NCBI GenBank assembly: GCA_040386535.1
Contig: JAZKFH010000015.1
Location: 124,700-188,699, forward strand
Direction: 5' to 3'
From: Myxococcota bacterium
Lineage (GTDB): Bacteria; Myxococcota_A; UBA796; SXON01
DNA: 64,000 nt
Position numbers and translations under genes: made by a program. Shown piece after piece: positions 8,502 through 17,130 of this stretch. Below the pieces are notes generated by a model, which ran no database searches, had not been told where the DNA came from, and saw nothing but the letters and a program-made list of their open reading frames with translations. How positions within the stretch are numbered: position 1 is the stretch's first letter; the number at the start of each line of letters is the position of its first letter.

Positions 8502-10382
8502 TCACCGCCCGGTGAGGCGGCCGTACACGGTGGTGAGCACCTCGGGGAGGCGCCGCGGATCGGGGAGGATGTGCCAGGCGCCGGGGCCGAGCATCGGGGG
8601 GAGGTGGTCGCCGGCCACCGCGTCGACGGCGAGCGCGTGGGTGACGACGCCGCGGGCCTCCCCCTCGCGGAGCGCCTGCCGCACGTCGGCCACGCCGTAG
8701 CGGCCCTCGTAGCGGTCGTAGTCGGTGGGTTTCCCGTCGGAGATGAGCAGCAGCAGGTGGCGGTCGGCGTCGGCCTTGGTGAGCTCGGCCATCGCGTGGC
8801 GCAGCGCCGGGCCGATCCGGGTGTAACCCTGGGGGTGCAGGGCCCCGAGGCGGGCCTTGCCGACCTCCCAAGGCTCGTGCCAGTCCCGCACGGTCCACAC
8901 GCGGCACCGGTTGCGGGTGTGGGACGCGAAGGCGAGCACCTGGAGCGGATCCCCGAAGCGGTGTGCCACCTCGCCCAACACGAGCACCGCCTCCCGTGCC
9001 ACATCCAACACCCGCCGATCGGCCACCCACGCGTCGGTGGAGAGGGACACGTCGAGGAGCACGGTGGTCGCGAAGCTCCGTTGGCGCCGCAGCTTGCGCA
9101 GGTACACACGCTCCGAGGGGCCGAACCCCGCGCGGCGATTGGCGAGGTCGTCCACGAGCGCGTCCAGATCGAGCTCCTCGCCGTCCCGCTGGGCACGCTC
9201 CGGGGTGCGCCGGGTGCGGTGGATCACGAGGCGCCGGTACAGATCCTCCACCAGCGCCCGGTGCCGGGGGAGCGTGGCGGCCGCCCACGCGGGCTCGCCG
9301 CGGCCCATCGGCGTCGGGTACACGGTGCACCAACCCGGCTTGTAGCGGCCCGCCCGGCGGTCCCACTCGTCGTAGGGGATGCCACGCTCGTCGGAGCGGA
9401 TGTCGGCCACGTCGGGCACGTCCGCGTCGAGCCCGATCTCCGCCTTGAACAGCGACTTCGCGCGCTCCCCCCCGCGGATGACATGCTTCAGATCCACCTC
9501 GTCGAGCGCCTCGAGGTGTTCGTCGAGCTCGTCGGCCCCGTCCATCTTGAGCACCTGCCCGTTGTGCTCCTCGAGGGTCTCCATCTTCTCGAAGGTGTGC
9601 GTGATCACCTTCTCCTTGGCCTTGGCCTCGTCGACCAGCGTGCGCTCGACCTCGTCGGAGGGGCGCGCCTTGCGCTCGGTGCCGGTGGAGGGGGTGGCCG
9701 GGGTCTCGTGCGGGGTGGTGGCGGGCGCGCCGGCGCCGCCGACGCTGCGGACCAGCTCTCCCCACATCCGGAGCGGCGGCCCGGGATCGCCCAGCGGCGG
9801 CGCGGTGTCGACGCCGACCGCCCAAGGCACCGAGAGGTCGAGCGCCGCGGCGTAGAGGGCGGCCCAGGCGGGGCTCAGTGGGAGCGCCTCCCGACGTTCA
9901 CGTTCCAGCGCCGCCGTGCGCACGTGCAGCGCGGCGAACATGGGGAGCTCGGCTACGAGCACGTCGGTGGCGCGGCGGGCCGCGTCGAGGCTCGCGAGGG
10001 CGCGCGCGCCCGGCCCGGTAGCCGCGTCTGGGGCGAGCGTGTCGAGCCCGAGCCGGCGGATGGTGGCGCCCACCGCGACGCGGAGGATGAGCGCGTCGCG
10101 GTTCTCTTCGGCGGTGCCGCCCAGATCGAGCGACTCCGGCAGCAACAGGTCGTTCGCGCGCACCCCGCCGTCGAGACGCGCGGGGACGAGCCGCACGGTC
10201 TCCTGCGCGAGGGCGCGGGCGAGCACGGTGAGGGCGGCGAGCTCGTCCGCGAGGCGCGCGGCCTCGGCGCGGGCGGGTGGGTTCGGGTCGGGACGCACCC
10301 GCTTCCAGAGCGAGAGGAGCACGCCGAACACGCGCCCCTCCCAATCGAAGTCGAGCTTGGGGGGCGCGTCGAACCAACTCAT
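8502..10382 (-). CDS. norD: Nitric oxide reductase activation protein NorD (vWA domain)
   Basis: YDEWD, DGEELDLDA, MIDAS motif LLDVSLST, GYTRIGPALRHA, ISDGKPTDYDRYEGRYG; follows norQ. Confidence 0.92.
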   Translation of the reverse strand: MSWFDAPPKLDFDWEGRVFGVLLSLWKRVRPDPNPPARAEAARLADELAALTVLARALAQETVRLVPARLDGGVRANDLLLPESLDLGGTAEENRDALILRVAVGATIRRLGLDTLAPDAATGPGARALASLDAARRATDVLVAELPMFAALHVRTAALERERREALPLSPAWAALYAAALDLSVPWAVGVDTAPPLGDPGPPLRMWGELVRSVGGAGAPATTPHETPATPSTGTERKARPSDEVERTLVDEAKAKEKVITHTFEKMETLEEHNGQVLKMDGADELDEHLEALDEVDLKHVIRGGERAKSLFKAEIGLDADVPDVADIRSDERGIPYDEWDRRAGRYKPGWCTVYPTPMGRGEPAWAAATLPRHRALVEDLYRRLVIHRTRRTPERAQRDGEELDLDALVDDLANRRAGFGPSERVYLRKLRRQRSFATTVLLDVSLSTDAWVADRRVLDVAREAVLVLGEVAHRFGDPLQVLAFASHTRNRCRVWTVRDWHEPWEVGKARLGALHPQGYTRIGPALRHAMAELTKADADRHLLLLISDGKPTDYDRYEGRYGVADVRQALREGEARGVVTHALAVDAVAGDHLPPMLGPGAWHILPDPRRLPEVLTTVYGRLTGR

Positions 10383-10413
10383 CGCCGCGTGGCCGGCGGA
10401 CGCGTCGGGCCCA

Positions 10414-11214
10414 TCAGAACACCAACGCGACGAGATCGGTGAGGCCCCGGGCGACATCCCGATCGTCCGTGAGCGGCTCGACCACCGCCGCCTGGCACGC
10501 GAGGCGCGGCGGCACCCCGGCCGCGATGAGCCGCGCGGCGTCGATGAGGAGCCGCGTGGACGGCACCTCGGAGAGCCCGAGCTCGCGGAGGCCCCGCATC
10601 TTGCCGGCGAGCGCCACGAGGCGCTTCGCGGTCGCCGGGTCGATGCCGGTCTCGCCCTCGACCACCTCGATCTCCACGTTGGCCGCGGGGTAGTCGAAGT
10701 GCAGCGCGACGAAGCGCTGGCGGGTCGAGGGCTTGAGCTCCTTGAGCCCGCGCTGGTAGCCGGGGTTGAAGCTCACCACGAGGCCGAACCCGGGCGCCGC
10801 GTCGATCACCTCGTCGTGCCGCTCCACGAACAGGCGGCGGCGATGGTCGGTGAGGGGGTGGAGCACCACGATCACGTCGGGGCGGGCCTCGGCGACCTCG
10901 TCCAGGTACAGGATCGCGCCCTCGCGCACCGCGCGGGTGACCGGCCCGTCCTGCCACACCGTCTCGTCCCCGCGCACGAGGTAGCGGCCCAACAGATCGA
11001 CCGCGGAGGTCTCGTCGTGGCACGACACGGTCACCAGCGGGCGGCCGAGCCGGGCCGCCATGTGCTCCACGAGGCGGCTCTTGCCACACCCCGTGGGGCC
11101 CTTCAGGAGCAACGGGAGGTTGCTTCGATAGGCCTGCTCGAACAGCATGCACTCGTGGCCCACGGGGCGGTACCAGGGCAGATCGGGGGGCACCTCTTGC
11201 ATGGCGGGGGTCAC
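10414..11214 (-). CDS. norQ: CbbQ/NirQ/NorQ AAA+ ATPase
   Basis: LKGPTGCGKS, WQDGPVTRAVR, YLDEV, NPGYQ..KELKPSTRQRF, STRLL; GTG at 11214 overlaps the norB stop (alternative ATG at 11202). Confidence 0.94.
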   Translation of the reverse strand: MTPAMQEVPPDLPWYRPVGHECMLFEQAYRSNLPLLLKGPTGCGKSRLVEHMAARLGRPLVTVSCHDETSAVDLLGRYLVRGDETVWQDGPVTRAVREGAILYLDEVAEARPDVIVVLHPLTDHRRRLFVERHDEVIDAAPGFGLVVSFNPGYQRGLKELKPSTRQRFVALHFDYPAANVEIEVVEGETGIDPATAKRLVALAGKMRGLRELGLSEVPSTRLLIDAARLIAAGVPPRLACQAAVVEPLTDDRDVARGLTDLVALVF

Positions 11215-12575
11215 TTGGCCGCCGCCGCTTCGTCCGTCGTCCCGGGGGCCAGCAACATCTCGTCCTTCGGGAGCCCGTGGGCAATGAAGTTCCAGATGTA
11301 GAGGCCGATGCCGGTGGCGAAGAGCGTCGCCGCGAGCGCGAGCCCGTAGAAGTGGACCTGGATGGCCTCCTGCGCGGCGAGAAAGTCCATGCCCATGCGG
11401 CGCTCGAGGTACACCTGGGAGATGCCGGCCACCGCGAACGCGGCGGTCATCGCGAGCATGCCGACGTTGGAGCTCCAGAACGCCCACTCGGCGGTCCAGT
11501 GCTTGTACAGCTTGCGTCCGGTCATCTGCGGCATGGCATACGCGATGATGCCGAGGTTGAGCATGGCGTAGGCGCCCCAGAAGGCGAGGTGGCCGTGCAT
11601 CGCGGTCACGAGCGTGCCGTGCGTCCAGATGTTGACCTGGGGGAGCGTGTGGGCGAAGCCGAGGAAGCCCGCGCCGACACACGAGACGATGCCGCACCCC
11701 ACGGTCCAATTGAGGGCGATGCGGTTGTCCGGGGTCTTGCCACCCTTGCGTGCCATCGACACCGTGAAGATCGCCATGCCGAGGAAGGCGAGCGGCTCGA
11801 GCGCGCCGAAGATGCCGCCCAACGCCAACCAATACTCGGGGGCGCCGATCCAATAGTAGTGGTGGCCGGTGCCGAGGATGCCGGAGATGAACGTGAGCCC
11901 GACGATGACGTAGAGCCACTTCTCGACCACCTCACGGTCTACACCGGTGAGCTTGATGAGGAGGAAGGCGAGGATGGCGCCCATGATGAGCTCCCAGACA
12001 CCCTCCACCCACAAGTGAACCACCCACCAACGGAAGTAGGAGTCGTTCACCTGGGAGTCGAAGGTGATCATGCCCGGCAGGTACAACAACGCGGCGGACA
12101 CGAGCCCCGCGAGCAGCACCACCCCGGTGGTGGTGAAGCGCCGGCCCTTGAGCGCGGTGATGCCGACGTTGCCGACGAACAACAGCACGTTCGCGACGAC
12201 CAGGTAGTCGAGCGGGCGCGGGATTTCGAGGAACTTGCGGCCCTCCCACCAGTTGAAGTGGAAGCCGATCACCGCTACGACGCTCACGATCACGAGGCTG
12301 GCCCACTGCACGATCGCCGCGGGCACGCTGAACAGCTCGCGTTCGGCCTCCTCGGGGATGATGTAGTAGGCGGAGCCCATGAAGCCCGCCAGCAGCCAGA
12401 CGACCAGCAGGTTGGTGTGCGTGGCGCGGGCGGTGTTGAACGGGATCCACTCGTGGAGCCCGTCGAACCCCATGTGGGCGAACGCCATGATGAAGCCGTA
12501 CACGATCTGCAGACCGAGCAGCAGCATGCACGTGGCAAAGAACAGATAGGAGACCTTCTGGGAGCGGAACCGCAT
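11211..12575 (-). CDS. norB: Nitric oxide reductase large subunit (cNOR)
   Basis: HTNLLVVW, WWVVHLWVEGVWE, GTGHHYYWIG, ALEP, HGHLAFWGAY; GGAGG before the ATG. Confidence 0.97.
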   Translation of the reverse strand: MRFRSQKVSYLFFATCMLLLGLQIVYGFIMAFAHMGFDGLHEWIPFNTARATHTNLLVVWLLAGFMGSAYYIIPEEAERELFSVPAAIVQWASLVIVSVVAVIGFHFNWWEGRKFLEIPRPLDYLVVANVLLFVGNVGITALKGRRFTTTGVVLLAGLVSAALLYLPGMITFDSQVNDSYFRWWVVHLWVEGVWELIMGAILAFLLIKLTGVDREVVEKWLYVIVGLTFISGILGTGHHYYWIGAPEYWLALGGIFGALEPLAFLGMAIFTVSMARKGGKTPDNRIALNWTVGCGIVSCVGAGFLGFAHTLPQVNIWTHGTLVTAMHGHLAFWGAYAMLNLGIIAYAMPQMTGRKLYKHWTAEWAFWSSNVGMLAMTAAFAVAGISQVYLERRMGMDFLAAQEAIQVHFYGLALAATLFATGIGLYIWNFIAHGLPKDEMLLAPGTTDEAAAAK

Positions 12576-12649
12576 GGGATCCTCCTGAAGTTTGGGTGGG
12601 AGATTCGAAGTGGTAGGCCCGAAGGGCCGAGCCGAAGGCGTGCGGATCG

Positions 12650-13405
12650 TCAGTCGAGCTGCATCAACCAGGTGACGAGCTCGGCGCGGGTCGCGTCGGG
12701 GAGGGCGAGGTTGGGCATGGCGGTGCCGGGCTTGACGGACTGGGGATCCTTGAGCCAGGCGTCGAGCTTCTCCGGCGTGTAGCGCGTCGCGACGCCGTCG
12801 AGCGCGGGGCCGACGGCGCCGCCGGTGCCGCCGACCGCGTGGCAGGCTTGGCACACCTGCGTGAAGAAGGCGGGCGGAGGTGACACCGCGGTGGCCCCGG
12901 CGGTCGTGTCGGCCGGGGTGGCGGTCGGCGTGGTGTCCGCCGTGGTCGGGGTTGTCGCGGCGTTCGCCTCGCTCACCAGGCCGGCGGTGGTCATGTCCGG
13001 CTTGCGAGGAAATCCGTTGGTGTCGATCTTGCCAATCCAACCGAGGAACGCGATCACCTGGGTGATCTCCTCCTCGCTGAAGTCGTACTTCACCATCCGG
13101 CGGCGCCCCGGGTACATCGCCTCGGGATCCCGGATGAAGATCCGGATCCAGGCCTCCCCGCGGCGCTCGACCACCTTGGTGAGCTCGGGCGCGTAGTAGC
13201 CGCCTTCGCCCAGGAGCGTGTGGCAGCCCATGCAGTTGTTGGCCTCCCAGATCTCCTTTCCCTTGACCACGTCGGCGGTCATCTGGTCTTCGTTGGACCG
13301 CGCGGGGACCTGGCGGATGGTGTCGACGGTGAGCCCGAGGAACACCCCGGAGAACAACACCGTGAACCCGATGAAGAACGTTCGTGCTTGTGACTTGGTG
13401 AGCAT
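12650..13405 (-). CDS. norC: Nitric oxide reductase cytochrome c subunit with an extra C-terminal haem c domain
   Basis: MLTKSQAR + TM helix; CMGCHTLLGEGGYYAPEL; Thr/Ala-rich linker; second CQACH...GPALDGV...PGTAMP. Confidence 0.93.
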   Translation of the reverse strand: MLTKSQARTFFIGFTVLFSGVFLGLTVDTIRQVPARSNEDQMTADVVKGKEIWEANNCMGCHTLLGEGGYYAPELTKVVERRGEAWIRIFIRDPEAMYPGRRRMVKYDFSEEEITQVIAFLGWIGKIDTNGFPRKPDMTTAGLVSEANAATTPTTADTTPTATPADTTAGATAVSPPPAFFTQVCQACHAVGGTGGAVGPALDGVATRYTPEKLDAWLKDPQSVKPGTAMPNLALPDATRAELVTWLMQLD

Positions 13406-13677
13406 TGTGTCTCCGGTAGAAGCGAGGGCGCGACGGACCGAGGCCCGCGCCCGCTCGGCGCCGCGCCCCCCGTCAAATGACGGATGTGTGCGGAGGCGCA
13501 GCCTGTGTGCGGGCGCCCGCACGCGTCCGGGCGGTGGGTGTGGCCGTCGATGCGGACGCGGGGCGCGTGTCGACCCACGGCGGCGCCCCGCGACGCGTAC
13601 GCGGCGGCCCGTGGCGCCAGACAGGCGCGAAGTGGGGGTGGAAACGGTCGGGGGGTGGGGGCCACGCGCCCGACCAC

Positions 13678-13693
13678 TGCACGCGCCGTGCCA
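13678..13693 (-). promoter_or_regulatory. Sigma-54 promoter candidate for norCBQD
   Basis: Minus strand TGGCACGGCGCGTGCA (TGGCAC-N5-GTGCA), about 270 bp upstream of the norC ATG. Confidence 0.6.
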
Positions 13694-13741
13694 GCCGCGG
13701 CGTGCGACGCGCGGCGAGCGAATAGCGCGCGAACGAAGCTG

Positions 13742-15253
13742 CTAACTCGCGGTTCGCGCCGGGTCGCCGGGAGACCACGCGGCCGCCAGCCGCTTCGGCG
13801 GCTCGAGCGAGCGGGCGTAGTAGGCGAGCAGGGGAGGGGCGTCGGCCGAGAGGGTGAAGGCGCCCGCGTCGAGCTTCACGAGCCCGCGCCGCTTGAGCAG
13901 GCGGAGCGCGAGGTCGACCGTGCGCTCGGCCTCCTCGGAGGAGCCGATGTCGGCGTCGAAGGCGGCGAGATGGGGGTTGGTGCGGCTGTCCGCGGGGGTG
14001 GGCAGGCCCTGGAACGCGCGGCCCTGGGCGATGGGGCGGCCGGCCGCGCGCCAGGTGTGGAGCAGCTCGCCGACGTGCCGCCGGAGCGCCGACCGGTCCC
14101 GCGCCCCGGCGAGCAGCGCGGTGGCGACCACGGCGACCGGCGTGACGGGCACGGTAGCGCCGACCTCGCCCAGCAGGAGGTCGGCGAGCGCGGCGATGTG
14201 GGGGCGGCGTTCGGTGTCGGGCAGGGCGGCCACGGCGGCGGCGCCGGGCATCAGGTCTTCGAGAAACAGCGGGGCCCCGAAGCTGACGGCGGCGTACCCG
14301 TACTTGCGGTGGGAGCGGAGCGCGGCGCGGCCGAAGAACGCGCCCACCATCACGGGCGCGCGGAGCAGCAGGCCGCCGAGGGAGGCGAGCTTCTGCACGA
14401 TGCCGGGGGGGCCCTTCTCGCCCAGGAGGTGGCGATCTTCGAGCACGCGGTCGTAGTTGATGCCGACGGGCACGAACGCGATACGACGGCCGGGCTCGGC
14501 CCGCAAGATGCCGACGAGGTAGTCGAGCAGGCCGATGCGCGGCGGCCGGAGCGCGCCGTCCCGCGAGAGGCCCCCTTCGAGAAAGAAGGCGGTGGTGAGG
14601 CCGCGGCTCGCCACCAGCTGGAGGTAGCGCGCGAGGACCTGGTGGTAGAGCGGGTCCTTCTCGCCGCGGCGCACGAAGTAGCTGCCGAACGAGCGGAACA
14701 GGGCGTCGAGCGGCCACACCCGCGCCCACTCGCCGACCGCGTAGGACAGGGCCACCTGGCGGAGCGTCCCCACGGAGAGCACGACGTAGTCGGCGTTGCT
14801 GCGGTGGTTGGCGACGTAGACCGTGACGGTCCCAGGCGGGATGGCCGCGCGGGCGCGGACCAGGGCGTCGTTGTCGAACACCGGCTCGTAGCAGACGCGG
14901 ACGGCGGCGCGGGCCGCGGCGGCGCCGATCTTGTAGTAGGAGAACAGGTTGAAGAAGGGGACGATCTCGTCGAGCCACGCCTCGATGCGCGCGCGGACCT
15001 CGTAGAGCGTCTCGCCCGAGGTGGCCGCCCGATCCGCGGCGAGCCGGTCGATCTCCGGGTCCTGGAGCAGGGTCTGGCGCACCCACACGCGGTCGATGAA
15101 GCGGAAGTGCTCCAGCTGCACGTGGTGGCGGCGCAAGAAGTCACCGATGGAGCGCTGCCACCGCCGCTTGAGCGCGCGGAACGTGGTGTAGCGGGCGGCC
15201 TCGTAGGTGCCGATGGCCGCGAGCACCGCGCCGATCTCGAAGGGGAGGGACAT
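13742..15253 (-). CDS. Glycerol-3-phosphate acyltransferase (PlsB/PlsC-like)
   Basis: HX4D motif ANHRSNADY, SYFVRR, FFLEGGLSRDG, FVPVGINYDRVLE. Confidence 0.88.
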   Translation of the reverse strand: MSLPFEIGAVLAAIGTYEAARYTTFRALKRRWQRSIGDFLRRHHVQLEHFRFIDRVWVRQTLLQDPEIDRLAADRAATSGETLYEVRARIEAWLDEIVPFFNLFSYYKIGAAAARAAVRVCYEPVFDNDALVRARAAIPPGTVTVYVANHRSNADYVVLSVGTLRQVALSYAVGEWARVWPLDALFRSFGSYFVRRGEKDPLYHQVLARYLQLVASRGLTTAFFLEGGLSRDGALRPPRIGLLDYLVGILRAEPGRRIAFVPVGINYDRVLEDRHLLGEKGPPGIVQKLASLGGLLLRAPVMVGAFFGRAALRSHRKYGYAAVSFGAPLFLEDLMPGAAAVAALPDTERRPHIAALADLLLGEVGATVPVTPVAVVATALLAGARDRSALRRHVGELLHTWRAAGRPIAQGRAFQGLPTPADSRTNPHLAAFDADIGSSEEAERTVDLALRLLKRRGLVKLDAGAFTLSADAPPLLAYYARSLEPPKRLAAAWSPGDPARTAS

Positions 15254-15294
15254 CCGCGGGATTCAACTCCTCGCGGGCCCGCGTGGCAAGCGGA

Positions 15295-15474
15295 TCAGAG
15301 CAGCTCGCCCACCGGGTGCACCGCCAACACGCGGTCTCCCGGCGCGGACGCCGCCGCCGCCGCCTTGCGCGCGGCCTCGACGAAGTCGGGCGCCACCACG
15401 GCCCACACCTTGCGCCGGCCGTTGGACTCGATCTCGACCCGGTACACGCACGACTTGGGGCTCGCGGCGGTCAC
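15295..15474 (-). CDS. Small hypothetical protein (59 aa)
   Basis: GTG start overlaps the thioesterase stop (GTGA); protein-like composition (VYRVEIESNGRRKVWAVVAPDF); fills the gap in the operon. Confidence 0.55.
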   Translation of the reverse strand: MTAASPKSCVYRVEIESNGRRKVWAVVAPDFVEAARKAAAAASAPGDRVLAVHPVGELL

Positions 15475-15932
15475 GACCCCTTCCCAGCAGGAACCGGGCC
15501 GGCGGGGGCGCCGAGGTCGGCACGGTAGGGCGCGAGCTTCTCGCGGAACGCCTCGGTCCACGGGAGGGGCTTGAAGCTGATCGGATCGACGCGGACCACG
15601 GTGCGCGTGCCCGTGGCGTGGTCCTCGTCGTGATCCATCGCGAGGACGCGCATACCGAACGTGAGGCTGGTGCGGCCGAGCTTCTCGACCCAGATGCGCA
15701 CCCGCACATCACTCACGCCGCGGACCGGCCGGAGGTACTCCACGGTGTTGGCGCGCACCATGTGGTACTGGTCCGGGTTGTTGGTCGGGTCGAGCACGGC
15801 GCCCCAGCCGTGGTGCCGCCAGAACGAGCCGATGGTGCGCTCGAACAGGAGCAGGTACCGCGCATTGTGAAGGATCTGAAACGCGTCGAGGTCGTCGAAG
15901 TAGACGCCCATGACGTTCTCGTGAAATCGCAC
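15471..15932 (-). CDS. Acyl-CoA thioesterase (4HBT/YbgC hotdog family)
   Basis: VYFDDLDAFQILHNARYL, VEYLRP, EKLGRTSL; GGAGG 6 nt before the GTG at 15932. Confidence 0.88.
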   Translation of the reverse strand: MRFHENVMGVYFDDLDAFQILHNARYLLLFERTIGSFWRHHGWGAVLDPTNNPDQYHMVRANTVEYLRPVRGVSDVRVRIWVEKLGRTSLTFGMRVLAMDHDEDHATGTRTVVRVDPISFKPLPWTEAFREKLAPYRADLGAPAGPVPAGKGS

Positions 15933-16034
15933 GCGGCGCCTCCGGAACACTGTTGGCAGGCGATCTATCGCGCTTCCGCCCGGTTTGCAGCACGGAGAGG
16001 GCCGGGGTATCGGGCCGTTCTGCTGGAGTCCCCC

Positions 16035-16412
16035 ATGGCCGAGAAGAAGAAGAGCCCGTCCACCGCCCGTCCTCGGACGATCACGCCCGCGCCCGCCGCG
16101 AGCTCCGGCGTGGCCGCGCCGGTGGTTTCGCACGCTGTCGCGAGCCCCGCCGTGACGCCCCCCGCCGTGGCGCCCCCCGTCGCCCCCGCCGTGGTGGCGC
16201 CCGTCGCCCCCGCCGTCGTCGCCCCCGCCGCCGCCCTCGTGACCCTCGCCGGCCTCGAGGTCGACGAGCGCCCGATGATCCACATGCCGGCGCCGCCCGC
16301 CACGGTCCCGCACGACGCCATCGCGCGCCGCGCCCAGGAGATCCACAACACGCGCGGCGGCACCGCGTTCGACAATTGGATCGAGGCCGAGCGCGAGCTC
16401 GGCGCGCGGTAG
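16035..16412 (+). CDS. DUF2934 domain protein with Ala/Pro/Val-rich linker
   Basis: C-terminal IARRAQEI..RGG.AFDNWIEAEREL; GGAG before the ATG at 16035. Confidence 0.75.
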   Translation: MAEKKKSPSTARPRTITPAPAASSGVAAPVVSHAVASPAVTPPAVAPPVAPAVVAPVAPAVVAPAAALVTLAGLEVDERPMIHMPAPPATVPHDAIARRAQEIHNTRGGTAFDNWIEAERELGAR

Positions 16413-16427
16413 GGTTCTGCCGTCCCC

Positions 16428-16937
16428 ATGTGGCTCCTCGTGGCGCTCGCCCCCGCCGCCGCCCTCGATCTCGACGGAGATGCCGTGCGGCGCGGCCACG
16501 ACCGCTGCCCGTGGCGCCGGGAGACCTGGAACTACCACGACGATGACGACGGCTGCCCCGACGGCGTGACGGTGCGGATCGTCGTCATCGACGAAGGCGG
16601 TCAACCCGCCGCGGGCGCGAGGGTGAGCGTCACGTTGAATCCCCCGGCCCGTCCCGGCCCGCCGACGCCGCTCTGGTGCCCGCCGGGCAAGACGTGGGAC
16701 GCGCTGAACCAGCCGTGGCGGCTGCGACACCGCTACCGGGTCGAGAGCTACCTCGCGCTCGAGGCCCGCGCGGACGACCGCGGCGTGGCCGACTTCGCGG
16801 GCGTGCGCCCTGGCGCGGATCTGACCGTCACCGTGAACGAAGGGCGCGGGCAGGGCACCGTCCAGCTCGTCACGCTTGGCGAGCACATGGTCCTGCAGGA
16901 GCTCACGCTCCATCCGCGGCCGGCACCCGGGAAGTAG
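16428..16937 (+). CDS. Hypothetical exported protein with thrombospondin type-3-like Ca-binding repeat
   Basis: Signal-like N-terminus; DLDGD....DRCP...E..N...DDDGCPD. Confidence 0.6.
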   Translation: MWLLVALAPAAALDLDGDAVRRGHDRCPWRRETWNYHDDDDGCPDGVTVRIVVIDEGGQPAAGARVSVTLNPPARPGPPTPLWCPPGKTWDALNQPWRLRHRYRVESYLALEARADDRGVADFAGVRPGADLTVTVNEGRGQGTVQLVTLGEHMVLQELTLHPRPAPGK

Positions 16938-17079
16938 CGGGTTGGCAGGCGCGAGGTGCCTGGAGGGCCGCCGGCTCGGCGGCGGGTCCGGCGCCGCTCG
17001 GGGCGCCGACCGAGGCGAAGCCGAAGCCCGGAAGGGACCGGCCCCCGGCGTCCGCGACGGGGGACGCGCCCAGAACGAC

Positions 17080-17109
17080 GAAGGCCCCCGTCTCGCGACG
17101 AGGGCCTCC
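17080..17109 (-). terminator. Intrinsic terminator-like hairpin
   Basis: Minus strand GGAGGCCCTCGTC-GCGA-GACGGGGGCCTTC: 13-bp stem with G-U pairs and a GNRA loop, 21 nt after the ATPase-TPR stop; weak U-tract. Confidence 0.6.
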
Positions 17110-17130
17110 TTCTTTGACGGTCGGGGTCGG

